The notes under the pieces are model-generated. The model made no database searches and was not told the origin of the DNA. It worked only from the letters and a program-made list of their open reading frames with translations. The translations under genes and the position numbers were made by a program. 64,000 bases of DNA from Negaprion brevirostris (lineage: Eukaryota). The stretch spans positions 56,768,383 to 56,832,382 of the forward strand of contig JARDVH010000097.1 of NCBI GenBank assembly GCA_030324005.1. Reading direction: 5' to 3'. Positions within the stretch are counted from its first letter, which is position 1, and each line of letters starts with the position of its first letter. Of the stretch, positions 26,882 through 40,864 are shown in pieces.

Positions 26882-27098
26882 ATGGCTTAATAGATTGCAT
26901 GGACCCTGACTGTTGCCTTCAGCCTTTATGCCACGATAATCCACTGTGCCTCGGATCACCGGATCCTCTTGATGTTATTCAGCAGACACAGATGCCAACT
27001 TCACAACAGAACCTTCGATCCTTCTACGACAGAGTCAAATTCCTCATCAGCAAGGATAGCACACATGTGATCCCGGACGAAAATCCTTTCAACAGTGG
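26882..27098 (+). CDS. TENM4: Teneurin coding exon, cysteine-rich region
   Basis: Acceptor gtaccag| and donor |gtaagg; 217 nt, phase 1-2. Translates to [73 protein letters not shown]; the LQPLC...SQQNL segment is TENM4-like. Confidence 0.96.
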
Positions 27099-28384
27099 GT
27101 AAGGTCTTTCAGAATAGACATTTTAAAAATACATTTGTAGCATAAATCTAAAGTATCACAAAATCTCGGTTTGCACACACTTTCTATCAACTTTTCCCAT
27201 GACAAAAGCAGGTCTTTACATTGTATCGGAAGCCTATATAAGCATTCATTGTTCTAAGACTTTTCTGCTAGTGGAGTTGCTGCAGCATCCTTGCTGGTGG
27301 GATGGTTCAATTACAACATATCAAGTTTAACATTAGCCAATTCCCATTATATAGGAATTCTTAATGGAAAAATAAAAACATATTATGCAGCATTAATGTT
27401 GGGACTAAATTATATCTGCATGCCATGGTCAAAGATAGCCCTCGGCTTTTAACCCAGCAATACAAAGAATCAAGTAGTTATGGATTTTATATAAAAGAAT
27501 GTTTATTGTTTTATATTTTTTGTAAATCTTAAACATATTTTGCAGTTAGGTTTATTCTGGTGATAAAACTTTCAAAATAAAATCATAGAATTGTTACAAT
27601 ACAGAAGGAGGTAATATGGCCCATGTTCTGTGCCTGATCTCTACAAAGCAATTCAGTTCGCCCCATTCCCTGCTCTTTCAATGTAACCCTCGCTAGGAGT
27701 AGTGGAATATGTAGGTAGTATGGAATGAGGCAGCAGACAGAAGTAGCAAGGGTCACCATATTAAGCATGCTGTGAATTGCCTGTGTTGCTTTTGGCAGCT
27801 TGTCAAGTTGCATTATGTCTTGTTACATTCTGGGAATTTTTACACTGGATCATTTCCTCTAGTTCAACATCATAGACCACTGCTAAGAACAAGTGCTCAC
27901 TCCTATAGCACAGTGCATGCCTTTACTTGCCAACTATCTCAGTAAATGTGGTAAGCTCAGAGATCAATTAAGGGACTTCCATTGCTCTATTCCAGGAAGT
28001 ACTGCATTCCCTCATGATTTCCTTCACTTGAGTAGATGGAACAATAATCATTCCACCAGAGTGTGGTTTTAAAACTACTAGTCAGATTTATTCTAACTGA
28101 TAAACAGAGGAGGAGAAGCAATTAACAGATTTACATTATTTATGTGTTTAATTATGTATTCTGAGAGTATCGAAATTTAAAAAAACCTCCTGTTCTGAGA
28201 CAACCTCAAAACATGGTGTATAATTAATTTCATGACAGTTTGTTTGCATGAAGTCTCAGGCTTGCCTTTATGTAGTAGCTTTAGATTAACTGCAGACTGC
28301 GAGAAAAACCAACCTTAGCTTAGAATCTCTGCTTCTCTTACCACCTGCCATTGGCTTGTGTTGGAAGGAATTTGCTGGTTAATA

Positions 28385-28860
28385 ACAAAGAACAATACAG
28401 CACAGGAACAGGCCCTCTGCCCTCCAAGCCTGTGCCAATCACATTGTCCTAGCTAGACCAACCCCTCTATTCACCGTGTTCATATGTCTATCAAGATGAG
28501 TCTTAAATGTTACTAACATAACTGCCTCAACTACCTCACTTGGCAGTGCATTCCAGGCCCCCACCACCCTCTGTGTAAAAAAAACTTCACCTGCACATCT
28601 CCACTGAATCTTTACCCCTTATCTCGAACTTGTGTTCCCTTGTAATTGTCATTTCTGCCCTGGGAAAAAGCTTCCAACTGTTCACCCTATATATACCTCT
28701 CATAATTTTATAAACTTCTATCAGGTTGCCCCTCAGCCTCTACCTTTCCAGAGAGAGCAATCCCAGTTTATTCAATCTCTCCTCATAGCTAATACCTTCC
28801 ATATCAGACAACATCCTAATAAACCTTTTCTGTACTCTCTCCAAAGCCTCCATGTCCTCA
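28385..28860 (-). mobile_element. CR1-type LINE 3' end
   Basis: Tail aacaaagaacaatacagcacaggaacaggccct. The minus strand encodes the LFSLERxRLRGNLIEVYKIM..LFP remnant. Confidence 0.85.
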
Positions 28861-30628
28861 ATCTATACTCAACCTGTGAACCATGTTATGAATGCACTTT
28901 GACCATCAAGTTCTGAGGTGGGATTTGAATCCAGAACTTCTGGTTCAGAGGCAGGGATGCTACCCACTGCACCACAAGACCAATTTCAAATGAGAGTAAT
29001 ATATTATTTTAGGATTGAACAAGATAAGTTTGTTGTTAATGAGGTATCTAGATCAGAATAACATGGAAGTTATAAGTATTTTCCTTTTTTTTATTTTGTT
29101 CTTCTTTAACTGCAGCAGGCAGAAAGCAAGGGAGGAGTTTTTAGGAATGAGATCTTTTTGTTGGAACATAGGTCTTGAAGATGGGCTGTATGATGTTGAT
29201 ACCTAAACTCCTGATATTAATTATAAATTCCTTTGCCTGTTATTTTAACGGGGATATTACAGGTATGCTAATATCATGTGATATAATTTCAAAATCATGA
29301 TGGAACATTCTGCTTCGTAATTGAGAAATACAAATTATTTCCATTTGTAGATGAGCCAGGTTTTAAGACTGTCTTCACTGGCCCTCAAGATCATTACATT
29401 AAAAATGCCATCAACGCTTTCATTTACAGTTTTGGTGACCTATTTACTTATTTGTTCAGAGACCCAGTTTATATTCTGATGTATTGGAAGTCGTTGCATG
29501 GAATGCCACTGGCACAGGAACAAGCATTTTTCAGTCAACAGACTAATTGCATTTAATGGCCAGGGCTTTGCAATGAGAATAATGATGAGGCTGTCGGTGC
29601 TCACCGTTATTACGAAGTAAACCAGATAGTAATTTCCAGCACTTGCACATCCTAGTTATACACAAAAATCTGGAAGTTGCTGTCAACCTGTTCTGCTCCT
29701 TCACAAGCTTTATAACACCAATAACTTGCTGAAAGATTTAACATTAAAACACACAAAGGGTGCAAAATTTATGGTACCTACCCACCAGATACTAATTAAA
29801 TGTGCAAGAAGAATTTAGAGTTTGCTAACTCACTTGTTTTTGTAGATGTTTAAAGGACTAAAAGACTTAATTGGTGAAAACAACCTCTGCCACTGAAATT
29901 TACTTTTACAAATGTGGAATCACATTCCGTGAGGTTTGAATAATTGTTGGATTTTTTAAAAATAGTTAATGATTTCTTTTTCACTTTTGCTTTTTGGTTC
30001 TTTTATGTCTATTAAACCCATTTTTTCTTCAGTGTATGATTTTACATTGAATTTGATATTCTACTCTGCAGTTGTTGGATCAAATTCTGCATTTTGCATA
30101 AAGGATTCTTCAAAACGATTGTTGAAGATACAAGCTCTTATTTGCCCTGTTGACACTGATACCAAATCCCATGTAGACAGTGCCATGCTGAATTTACTCC
30201 CTCAATCCCAGCTTTGCCACATAAAAACTCACTGAAATTCTGTGGGCAGCTGGAAGTGTAATGAATGGTGAGCGCTNNNNNNNNNNATCTGAGCCATTAG
30301 GTTTTAACTGGATTAGAGCTAAAACGTGTTTATAGCCATTTACGATTAATGCTTCGTTCAAAAAAGCATAAACAATGAATGATAAGGTCATTCCAATTAC
30401 TGTGAGTAATGAGGTAAGAGGTGTGAGGCATGATAAGCCACAAAACAATTTGATAATTGTAACATGTTCGGAATAAGCTAAGATACTGTTTTGATGCATG
30501 CAAAGTAAACAGAACAGTGATATATTTCAGGGAGTATCAAAGTGCCTTGGATTTATCTTAATGTCAACAGTTGGAATATTCAATGAAAAAGACAGAGCAG
30601 TTAACTGGTGCTTTGCATTTTCCAGTAT

Positions 30629-31251
30629 CTTGGGACCAATGGCATGTATTCGTTTTGTTAATTAATATCATTATTGAAATTAGGGATTCTAGCTGCAGGT
30701 CATCTCTATTAGTAACTGAAAGAGGAAATATTGTTTCCTACTTAATATTTAGGGATCATTGTCTGAAATTACTATATGATTTCATCAATGAAATTAATTA
30801 TTCACAATCTTTTAGAAAGAATTCTCCTTCCACTAATTTGGGATCGCCATACTACACGCCATCCATGGCTCAGATTTAATTGTTCTCTGCTGTCGCTGAG
30901 CTGCCACAAGACAAATTTGACCTGAGGACAGATCTCTGTTTCCCCATCCTCATATAGAAGACCTTCATGTTCCCTACTTCAGTCACAACCCATTTTATGG
31001 ATTATAAGATCAAACTAAAACCTCCCCAGAACTAATCAGACAATACAATAATGGTAACATTGCCTTTAAATATTTTCACTTCGCTTTATTAACTTAAAGC
31101 AACTGCTAGTACAGGGTTTTCCCAGACAATGATCCCTCAGTAGTGTGTAGGAAACAATATTTCCTCTTTCAATTACTAAGCGATGACCTGCAGCTAGAAT
31201 CCCTAAGTTCAGTAATGATATTAATTAATGAAACGCGCCACTGGTCCCAAG
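30629..31251. repeat. Long inverted repeat, arms 30629-30765 and 31123-31251; probably an old foldback element
   Basis: tagggattctagctgcaggtcatc is the reverse complement of gatgacctgcagctagaatcccta. gaaagaggaaatattgtttcctac is the reverse complement of gtaggaaacaatatttcctctttc. Confidence 0.9.
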
Positions 31252-31479
31252 TCAGTGAAAAACAAAATCATCCATTTACCTTACACCATCATGTTTCTAC
31301 CTATTGAAAATTAATTGTTAGGATGTGGCCTTCAAGGCCAATATTTATTTCCCATCCCCTGGTGCCCTTGAGAAAGTCACAATGAGGCACCTCTTGAACC
31401 ACTGTCTGTGTGCTGAAGGCACTCCTGCCATCCTGTTAGGTAGATTCTGCAGCTTGTAGCCACTCCTGCCACAAAATCT

Positions 31480-32185
31480 GCTATCATTGTACGCCATGTT
31501 CATCTGCCTTGCACCATCTTCATGCATTGTCTGCGATATCTGTCATCCAACTACACCTAGGTCGACTCTCTTCCTGCTGCTGTCCACTTTGCCCTCTGGA
31601 AGATATCTCTGTAACTTTTCCGCTCTGATCAAAAGGGTGAAATACTGATCTTGTCTGGATGTCACTCTATGTCTAGCACCTCTTCATTTGTCCAACATTG
31701 TATGCACAGATTATTTTAGCATATGTTTTAGCATCCACATTTAAAAGACATCAATTTCTTTCCTCAGATCTTAACTTATTGCCCAGGTTTCTGAGGCAGC
31801 CAGGAAATGAATAGAATGTAGCCTCTTCGATGTTTTTCCTTGTAACAAACTTGAGTTTTCCTGTTGTTAACACATCTTTCAGCTTTACAATTATCCCTAC
31901 CTTCTTCAAGTTTCAGCATCACATTTACTATATTGTGTTACCATTTGTCCAAGATAGACAAACTTGCCTACTTGCTCTAATGTCACACAATCCACCTTAA
32001 TCTTCACTCAAATTTCTTCTAAGGTATTCCTTCTAACTCCCATTGTTTTTGGCTTGCTGATGTTCATACTAAATCCATAATCTAAACTTCTAGAATTTAG
32101 TTAATCATCGATATTTTGGAGGGCCTCTTCTGAATCTGTGTGTAGCGCTGTATTGTCAACGTATGTTGTTATGTTGGGTAGACAG
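31480..32185 (-). mobile_element. RTE-clade LINE fragment nested in another LINE 3' end (about 31340-32510)
   Basis: Minus-strand remnants TYVDNTALHTDSEEALQ (YADD-like) and SETW...EIDVFxMWML resemble the RTE ORF C-terminal half. Confidence 0.6.
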
Positions 32186-32519
32186 TGCCAAGATTTTGAT
32201 CCATTAAGGAGCTGTGATAAATTTCTAAGACAGGATGATGTATGATTTGGAAGTGATAATATTCTTATGCGCCTGCTACCCACGTCCTTCTAGATGATGG
32301 AAGTTGCTTCCATTTTTGGGAGGCTCACTGAGACCTTCCACTTATTCTGTGAGCAGTACACAGTATAGTCACTATGTGCCAGTGATGGAAGGAGAGGGTG
32401 TTAAAGTTGGCAGATTGGATGCCAATCAATTGAACTGTCTTGTTCTGGGTGATGTTGAGTTTCCTGAGTGTTGTCACAGCTGCACTATTAATGGGATGTA
32501 GATGAAGGCCTGATCCCTC

Positions 32520-32900
32520 ATGCCAAGTTCTCCATGATGCCAACACATTCGGAACAACGTGGCATGCAAATGTCAGGACTCACCTAAACAATAACTGGGG
32601 CTTCCTTCGGAGTTTGGGATGGAGGCCACTAGCAACCATGGTCCACAGCACAATATAGCATTGGGTCAAGGGTGCCTCTACAGATTAATCTTCCAGATTT
32701 GGTGTCCTGGGAGGGGACAATCTTCCAACCTCAGAATGTTCCCACAGATCCATCTTCATTTTTAGGAGGTCCTTCTTCAATGGTAGGTCAGTGATGCTGG
32801 ACACCTTTTCAATATGATATCCAGAAACAACAGCAGACCACCACCTTCAGGCCTGTCCCGCTATAGAATATGGCACTAAACACCTGAATGCATAATTAAT
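32520..32900. repeat. Dispersed repeat; diverged direct copy at about 37810-38245
   Basis: Shared blocks are gaacaacgtgg..aaatgtc.ggactcacc, tcttccagatttggtg.cctgg and gatccatctt. Probably DNA transposon interior; family unresolved. Confidence 0.7.
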
Positions 32901-34569
32901 GAGGTTGGAGCTGGAAAATTTGGCATGTTTCCCTGCCAAACTCCATGCAGGAAACATTCCGCCTCCATCATGGGCCTTAGCCCCAAAGTGGGAGAATTCT
33001 GCCCCATGTTAGTTCTAAGTTTCTAAGTCCTTGATATGTCAGAAAGAAGAATGGTCCTAATGCCATCCACTGGAGAACATCACTGTGTTTCCCTCCAATC
33101 CGAAAACTAAGTATATGTACAGAATTTTCCCTGTTTTACGCAGAGTGTGGCAGCGGACTGGAAAAGCGGCATTGAAACTGCCAGCTTCAATGGTGGCCTT
33201 CTCCACCATATTGTTCAGACTTAGTCAAAAAACTTGAAGGAGTGAGTCCCACAATATCATAACAGTGAGGCGGACTCTGACTCAGTCCCTCCCACCAGCA
33301 ACTTGGCTTTAGCAAGATTGTGGTGCCCCTCCTGGATGTACACAGTCCCTGGGGGCCGTGCACGGGTACTTATAGTCATGAACCCCTTCCACCCCTGAGA
33401 AACGCACTCCTCCATCAGGTCTGCTGCTAGGTGCGCACCATGGGAGCTTAGTTGTCAGGTAAGGTAAAGATGAATGGATTACATAATGGAGAGGGTGATC
33501 AAGCATAGAGGCCTATAATAATTTGCAAATTTCTTATATTGGGGTTTCCAACATTCAACATCAGGTTTCCCATTACATCATTGGCACTGACAATTGCGAC
33601 GAGACTTCCTGCCAATATAAAGCGCGATATTAGCCACTGGTGAGATTTTCTATGCCCATCATTAAACCTGCCTGAGAAGAACAGGAGCAGCAATTCCTGC
33701 TTTCTGTCCCTTTGCCAATTTTACGTCCATAGTGCCACCATCTCTTTAATCCCATAGATAAATTTTGCTAACGTGTTGTACTTTGTCAAATTCTACAGTC
33801 TGTAAGCACAATATCAGTGATACTACCCTCATCAACCCTCTCCATTACTTCATCAAGGAATTGCAGGAAGTTTCAAATTTACTGATAGAACAAGTACAAT
33901 GTACCTTTGGTATGTAAGCGTGCAGTCAAAAAGTAGCAAAATTCAGAAACCATCACACACTGGCATTGCTTAAATTTTCTGATACTTCTTTTAAGATCTT
34001 CAATTTCTTTCCTGGCGGGCAGTTTCCTTCAGTTGGAACACTCTTGGTCTTTTCTTGGACTGTCATCAATCCCAGCCACAAATATTTGACAGGAAGTTTG
34101 TTTCCAATGAGACAAACTGCTTTGGGTATTTGACTCTTCCCACATGGTGGAGTGTTCTTCCACAGAAAGCTACTCCATCCAGCTGCTTAGCCAGGAACCT
34201 TTGAAGCTTGATCTCACCGGGGATAGACAGACACGCGTAGCCCAAGAACTTGAGTCTGTAACACACTTTGGAAAAAACAATATATCTTTTGCACTTCTCA
34301 CCTGTATTTGTATAGTGCTGCTTTTATACCTGGCATTTTTGATGTTTCTTTTAGGAATGGTGATGGGAGTAACGTGACTTATGGTGTAGGTGTTACTCAG
34401 TCAAAGCCTATTGTGCATTTATAGCACAAATTATACAGCTGACAACAAAGTAAACTATATTTTACTACAATATAATTGTTAGAATGCCCAGAAATTACAT
34501 TTTATAATGAGCTCAGGCTCAATTTTGTTATCACCACATCCTGATTAATATATTTTTCACTGTCAGTTA

Positions 34570-34970
34570 TCAGCCTTAGCACAGTGGGAACAGATTCGAA
34601 GATCATTAGTTCAAGCTGATCTCCAAAGCAAATGATCCAGGCTGACAATTCAAAGCAGTTATGGGGAAGTGTCAGAAAGGCAGAGGTGCCTTCCTTCAGA
34701 TGACGTGTTAAGTCAAGGCTTCATCTGCTGTCTTAAGTGGATGCTAAAGATCCTTTGGCACCAATTCAAAGAAGTGTAGGGAAATTCTCCAAGTAGCCTG
34801 GCCAACATTTGTCCCTCAGTTAATGTCACAAAAACACGACATGGTCTTTATTTAATTCTGCTTGTGGGACCTTGCTCTGCATAAATTGGCTGCTGCCTTA
34901 TAATAACAATAACACCTCAATAGTACTTCACTGGCTGTAAAGCACCTCGGCAATTCTTGAAGTCATAAAT
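34570..34970 (+). mobile_element. Deu-domain SINE (SacSINE1/AmnSINE1-like)
   Basis: Core ctggccaacatttgtccctca..tgcttgtgggaccttgctctgcataaattggctgc..gtacttcactggctgtaaagcac. A tail-like ctatataaatgcaa is displaced to about 35865 by an insertion. Confidence 0.75.
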
Positions 34971-35480
34971 AAATTCAATCGGCGGAATCTTATCAAAAAA
35001 GTACTAGAGAAGCAGGCAGGTTTTCTCAGCTGAACTTATGGGATTTTGTCAAAAAAACGGGAAGGTCTTCTTCACATTGTCATTTTGAGAGCTTAAACAA
35101 AGCTGCACTGAGATGGGGGCAGGGGTGGATGAGACCAGGAGATAACCTCTCCCCCAAACACACACCACGGAGGTCTTCGGGGGCATCTCACCTCCCCCCA
35201 CCCCCCTCCACTCAACCTGNNNNNNNNNNNNGTAAAACTTGCTGTAGTTATGTTTCGTCAGCAAGGTACAAAAATGTAGTGAAGGGAGAAGATGTGGCAA
35301 GGGGGTGGTCTTCAATTATATTTAAATTGATTAAAGTGGATGTAAATCAGGTTCTCATTATGGGCGTGAACTTGATTACATCGCTGGGATGGCAAAAATC
35401 AGAAATTGCAATCTCATTGGTGAGATTCACGATTTCCGGGTTTCACTGGAAGTTGAGCCCCCGCCCAGCCCGCAGATAGT

Positions 35481-35838
35481 GGGTGGGATTTTACGGCCCC
35501 ACTCCTGTCATATTCTCTCCTCACTCCCGCCATCGAGCCTGCCAGCAGCAACACGGGAGAATTCCACCCATGGTTTCTCAGCAAACTGGCCCTTTTCTGT
35601 CACCGTACAGGAGCTTAAGAGTTTAAACCATGTTGACTTAGACTGTTACACTTGCTCACTGTGGTAACAAGAATATTTGAACTAATTACCAGACGCTAGT
35701 CCAGTTTGAATGAAGCTTCTCTGATCACACACCGAGGCCATCTTGTTTGTCCATGTGTGCTGAGGTCAAAGGACAATTCCATTGTCTGCTCCTCAACCGC
35801 TCTGACTCCATGGCGGGCAGGGCATTAGAATTCCGGCG
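35481..35838. mobile_element. MITE, family A, split by a ~260-bp locally templated insert
   Basis: The left end gggtgggattttacggcc (35481-35498) and the right half gaggtcaaagga..ttccattgtc..tggcgggcagggcattagaattccggc (35762-35838) match the intact family A copies. Confidence 0.75.
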
Positions 35839-37649
35839 ACTGAGTGCAGGCTCAAGATCGCCCTCTATATAAATGCAAATACTTTCTTATTTATACCTTT
35901 TCAATCTTGGTGACACTTTTGTCCTTTGACCAGCAACTGGATGGAGAAAGTGATGATCATTCAGCAAAATGTTCTTGATTATTTGTAAGTTATATATTGA
36001 TAACATTAATAATTTATTACTGACCATCGATAGATTGATTTTCAGAACACATACATGGACTGTACTTCACCTTTTATGCACCATTCAGTGAGCAATTATT
36101 CATAACAGTAGTTGCTGCAGAGTATATCAGATCAAATTAATCTAATATATATAAGAAACCAAGAACACAAATTGGACCATTCAGAACGAAATTCCAGTTT
36201 TTGTTGCCTGTGAATCCATCCTTCAGGTGATATTACTAGTTGTCAATGTTTTGCATTTTAAAGTTTGAAAGTATCTATTGAAGCCACATATATTTAAATT
36301 AGCCTGTTTAAGATGCCGTCAAGTAGTTTGTAACTTTTAGTGTTTTTTGACTTATAATTGTATTAAAACAATACATACATTTGTTTGCTTTGTATTCTAA
36401 TTTTAACTTTTTTGTGAAATTCTGCTAGCCAGAATTTCAACTGCTCTTAATGTAAAAATAGGATCGATGATTTTCGAACTCGGCTGATTGGAAAGAACAA
36501 GCACATTTTCCTCACAGATAATATTATGTAAAAATATTGAAAGAATTGGTGGCAGGTGGATTCTTTGCAGTCGTATTTAGCTTGTTTGCGGTGTAATTGC
36601 TTTTAGCCAAGGTCTCCTGAAGGAAAAGATTGACTAAATTAGCATTAACTTTGGTTCCCAGGGACTGGGTATATTGTGAGAAGTTGATCTTGCCTCCAGT
36701 AAGGACAAGTTATCCTACAAAAGGCCAGATGCTTACAAGACAGTGTTAATTGTTTTCTGAATGGGGCAAATGTATATGCCAAGGGAGCTCACAGTTTGCA
36801 GATCTAATTGAGCAAAGGCATGGAAACACTGCTGTGGGCTCCTTCTCCAGAAGTGTTTGCTGAGCTAATATTTTATGCCAGAGATGGTAGGGATAAACAT
36901 AAACACCAGCTTGATTACTGTGACTTCCAGTTAGACATTATTTAAGGTTGTTTTTTTAACAAAATGAAGGTGATTTGGAAACGATTCTGGGAGTGTTGTT
37001 AGTAGGCAGAGGTGGATGCGTGCTTTTAAAGTCCAATAGAAACTAACCCAATTTAAGCAGGGATTAAAGTAAAATATGAACATTGAGGAAAATTCAGGGT
37101 TTTTGTTGCGGATCAGGCATCAAAATTCTGCATCCTGCACATCTTACAAAAGTGGGCCAATATGATGGAAATGTCACAGCTGACCACATTAACATGTTAC
37201 AGGCTTTGCCAATGCTGTATTTGGAATTATTGAGTACGTGATAAAATGCTGTAAGCTGTCACCATAATTAATCTTTCACTACATTTCCAGCAGAAGCAGT
37301 GAGTCCTTTCTAATGATTGTTTCTCCTGCAAGCCGAGTTTCTATCAAATCGTTGTCAGGCCGTCTCAATTTCTATATCCAATTTCAGTAGCACACTTGAA
37401 CAAACAAGATGGCCTAGATGTGTGATCAGAGAAGCTTCATTCAAACTGGGCTAGCGTCTGCTAATTAGTTCAAATATTCTTGTTACCAGAGTGAGCATGT
37501 GCAACGGTCTAAGTCAACATAGTTTAAACTCTTAAGCTCCTGTACGGTGACAGTAAAAGGCCGGTTTGCTCAGAAACCATGGGGTGGAATTCTGCCATGA
37601 CCCCGCCGGCAGGCTTGATGGCGGGAGTGAGGAGAGAATATGGCAGGAG
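35502..37649. repeat. Inverted duplication, arms 35502-35761 and 37389-37649
   Basis: For example, ctgtcaccgtacaggagcttaagagtttaaac pairs with gtttaaactcttaagctcctgtacggtgacag. About 90% identity by eye; spacer about 1.6 kb. Confidence 0.95.
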
Positions 37650-39978
37650 ACTCCGAAATCGGATTTACACTGACGTCAATTTACAGCAGGATCTTCCGCT
37701 GTTGACCACAATGGTGGGTGTTAAAACCTGCCAGAGTCCAACATGAGCCTCATTTGCATCCCATTTTTGGGCTGTAGATGAAGGTCTGACTGCACTCCTT
37801 CCCCCATTAAGCCAGATTTTCCATGATGGCAGCAGGATTACATGCCAGTGTGAAACACGTTCAGAACAACGTGGTGTATAAATGTCGGGACTCACCCGAA
37901 CAATGCCTGGGCTGTCTGCAGAGTTCAGAGTGGACGCTGCCCACAACTCTGGAACACCACAGTAGTGGGTCAGGGGAGCATCTCTATGTGAGTCTTCCAG
38001 ATTTGGTGCCCTGGAGGAGGTCCGCCTTCCAGCCTCAAGAATGTTCCTTGAGATCCATCTTTGTTCTGAGAAGGTCTCAGAGTGCTCCCAGAGATCTATC
38101 TTCGCTTTCAGCAGCCCACCTTCTTTCTTCAATACTGGTGTAGAGTGTTTTCAAGATGGCACCCAGACATGATGATGGACTATGCACCATCATGGCCGAC
38201 CCCGCCACTGCCTACAATGTGAAACACCAGCTGTATAATTAATGCAGTACGAACACTCCACATTCCTGCCCCTGCCACTTCACTGAGACTGGGATTTTCC
38301 CAGAATATCAGCAAAGGTCAATGTCGGGCAGGAAAGGTCGTGTTGAAGCACTGGCAGCAATGGTAGCTTTCACCACTATATAGTCCAGGGCTCTGAAAGA
38401 AAAGCTTAATTTGACAAATCCCACAGCATTTCACTGGTGGAATGACGTCTGATTTGCCTGTTTTGCCAGCGACTTAGAAATTGAGGATCTGACCCCCATG
38501 CACAGTGAGCAAGCCAGTTCACCCTGGCACACCCCTGGCACTGCCCATGCATGGCTCTGGCAGTGCCCAGTCAAGCTTCACATTGTTCTATCATCAGGTC
38601 ACCATGGATGGATTTTTTGATGGGAGGATGATTCCAGCATACAGGCTTTATCATGATGTGCTAATGTACTCCGTCAGGTTAAACATCGTGAAATGTAGTT
38701 GATCACTGATGAGGAAAGGGATAATCATGTCACGCATTCACATCAACATGAAACACAAATTTGCACTTATTGCGATATTTTCTATTCCTGTCTCCGTATC
38801 TGCCTGACGCAAATTGGAGCTGAAAATCCTGGCCTTCATCTCAAAATGGGAGAACTCCTAATTTTCAGCACTTTCCTCAAGGAACTAGGGTTTATACATT
38901 TGTCCATTTGCTAATTTACACAAGAAAATAGATATAAAAACCGAATGTACTCACACCTAGATTTCAATCAAGTTAGCACAGCCAGCTGATCAGCTGAATT
39001 GTTATTTGTGGAGGCCTAATCAGTATAAATTATTAATGACTTTCAATCCAAGTTAACAATATATTCATACAATTCCGCTGCTCCTTCCTGAGCTGTGAAA
39101 CAACTAATCAGGTAGTTTAATTCAATTTAGCAATATTTGGATCCTGAATCCTGCCAGGTTTCAGAATGAAGAAGATATTAGTTAAGTGATTGTAGGATGC
39201 AGCAACTGATTGCTGTAAACAAATTGTTGGCTGTTCTCCCTAACCTTCAAGGCAATGGCACAATTACATCAAGATTAACTATGTAGCATAGAAGTAAATT
39301 GTAAAACCTACTAAATTCAGTTTACAAATATTTCATTTACCATTTCTAATACAATGGAAACCAGTGCAAATGAGACTTCTGCTGACAGACCATGAGTGAT
39401 ATTGATAACAACAAAGTTAATTGTAAGGGACTGGAGTTATTTGCCCTTTGCACTTTGAATGACATCTGTCTTTGAAAAAGCTAGAATATTGCAGAAGTCA
39501 GCTTTTTCTTGATTGGGCANNNNNNNNNNNNNNNNNNNNNNNNNNNNNNNNNNNNNNNNNNNNNNNNNNNNNNNNNNNNNNNNNNNNNNNNNNNNNNNNN
39601 NNNNNNNNNNNNNNNNNNNNNNNNNNNNNNNNNNNNNNNNNNNNNNNNNNNNNNNNNNNNNNNNNNNNNNNNNNNNNNNNNNNNNNNNNNNNNNNNNNNN
39701 NNNNNNNNNNNNNNNNNNNNNNNNNNNNNNNNNNNNNNNNNNNNNNNNNNNNNNNNNNNNNNNNNNNNNNNNNNNNNNNNNNNNNNNNNNNNNNNNNNNN
39801 NNNNNNNNNNNNNNNNNNNNNNNNNNNNNNNNNNNNNNNNNNNNNNNNNNNNNNNNNNNNNNNNNNNNNNAAGCTATGTCCCCTCGTGCTAGCTTTCTCC
39901 ATCTGAGGAAAAAGGCTATCACTGTCCACCCTATCTAAACCTCTAATGTCTTTTTGAAAATTGTAGTTTGTGCATTCC

Positions 39979-40272
39979 AGAATCACAGAATCCTACAGTG
40001 CAGAAGGAGGCTATTTGGTTCATTGACTCTGCACCGACTACAATCCCAGCCAGGCCCTATCCCCATAATCCCATCCATTTACTAGCATGGCCAATCCACC
40101 TAACCCGCACATCTTTGGATTGGGGAAGGAAGCCGGAGCACCTGGAGAAAACCCACGCAAACACAGGGAGAACATGCGGACTCCACACAGACTGTGACCC
40201 AAGCCAGGAATCGAACTCAGGTCCCTGGAGTTGTGAGACAGCAGTGCTAACCACTGTGCCGCAGTGCCACCC
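39979..40272 (-). mobile_element. V-type tRNA SINE, CR1-like tail
   Basis: Complete head, core and tail on the minus strand. Confidence 0.9.
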
Positions 40273-40499
40273 CTTGTATGTAACGACTCACTGCATAAAA
40301 AATCAATGTCCTCTGGTCAAACCAGGTTTCCCACTGGTTCTTTTGCTAATTACCTTTTCCTATTATCAGATGTAATCTATGGATCCTGCTGAAAAAATAA
40401 TGTGCACGCATGTCAAATTAGAACAGAATTAACTGGTGCCCCCACCCAACCAAATGGCTTGCTGATATGCAATCTGTATGCTTACAATAAAGAATATGT

Positions 40500-40810
40500 A
40501 AAATATACGAATAAGGAGCAGGAGGAGGTCACATGGCCCCTCGATCCTGCTCCATTATTCAATAAGGTCATGGCTGATTTGCCTGTAATTCCTGACTATC
40601 CCCCGTAACCTTACACCTCTTCAAGGAGGCAGAGTCTTTGAAAATATTCAAAGACGCTGCCACCACCACCTTTTAAGCAAGTGAATTCCAAAGACGCACT
40701 ATCTTCTGAGGGAACAGAACTCTCCTCATCTCTTCTTTAATGAGTGACTCCTTACTTTTAAAAAGGGATCCCTCGTTCTAGATTCTCCCACAAGAGGAAA
40801 CATACACCCT
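40500..40810 (-). mobile_element. CR1 LINE 3' end
   Basis: Tail aataaggagcaggaggaggtcacatggcccctcgatcctgctcc, plus the ESRTRD-like remnant (tcgttctagattctccc on the + strand). Confidence 0.75.
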
Positions 40811-40864
40811 GGATAGTGGTATGAGTGAGGTATGCTGATATCTTTGAAAACCTTCAGGAGAAAT

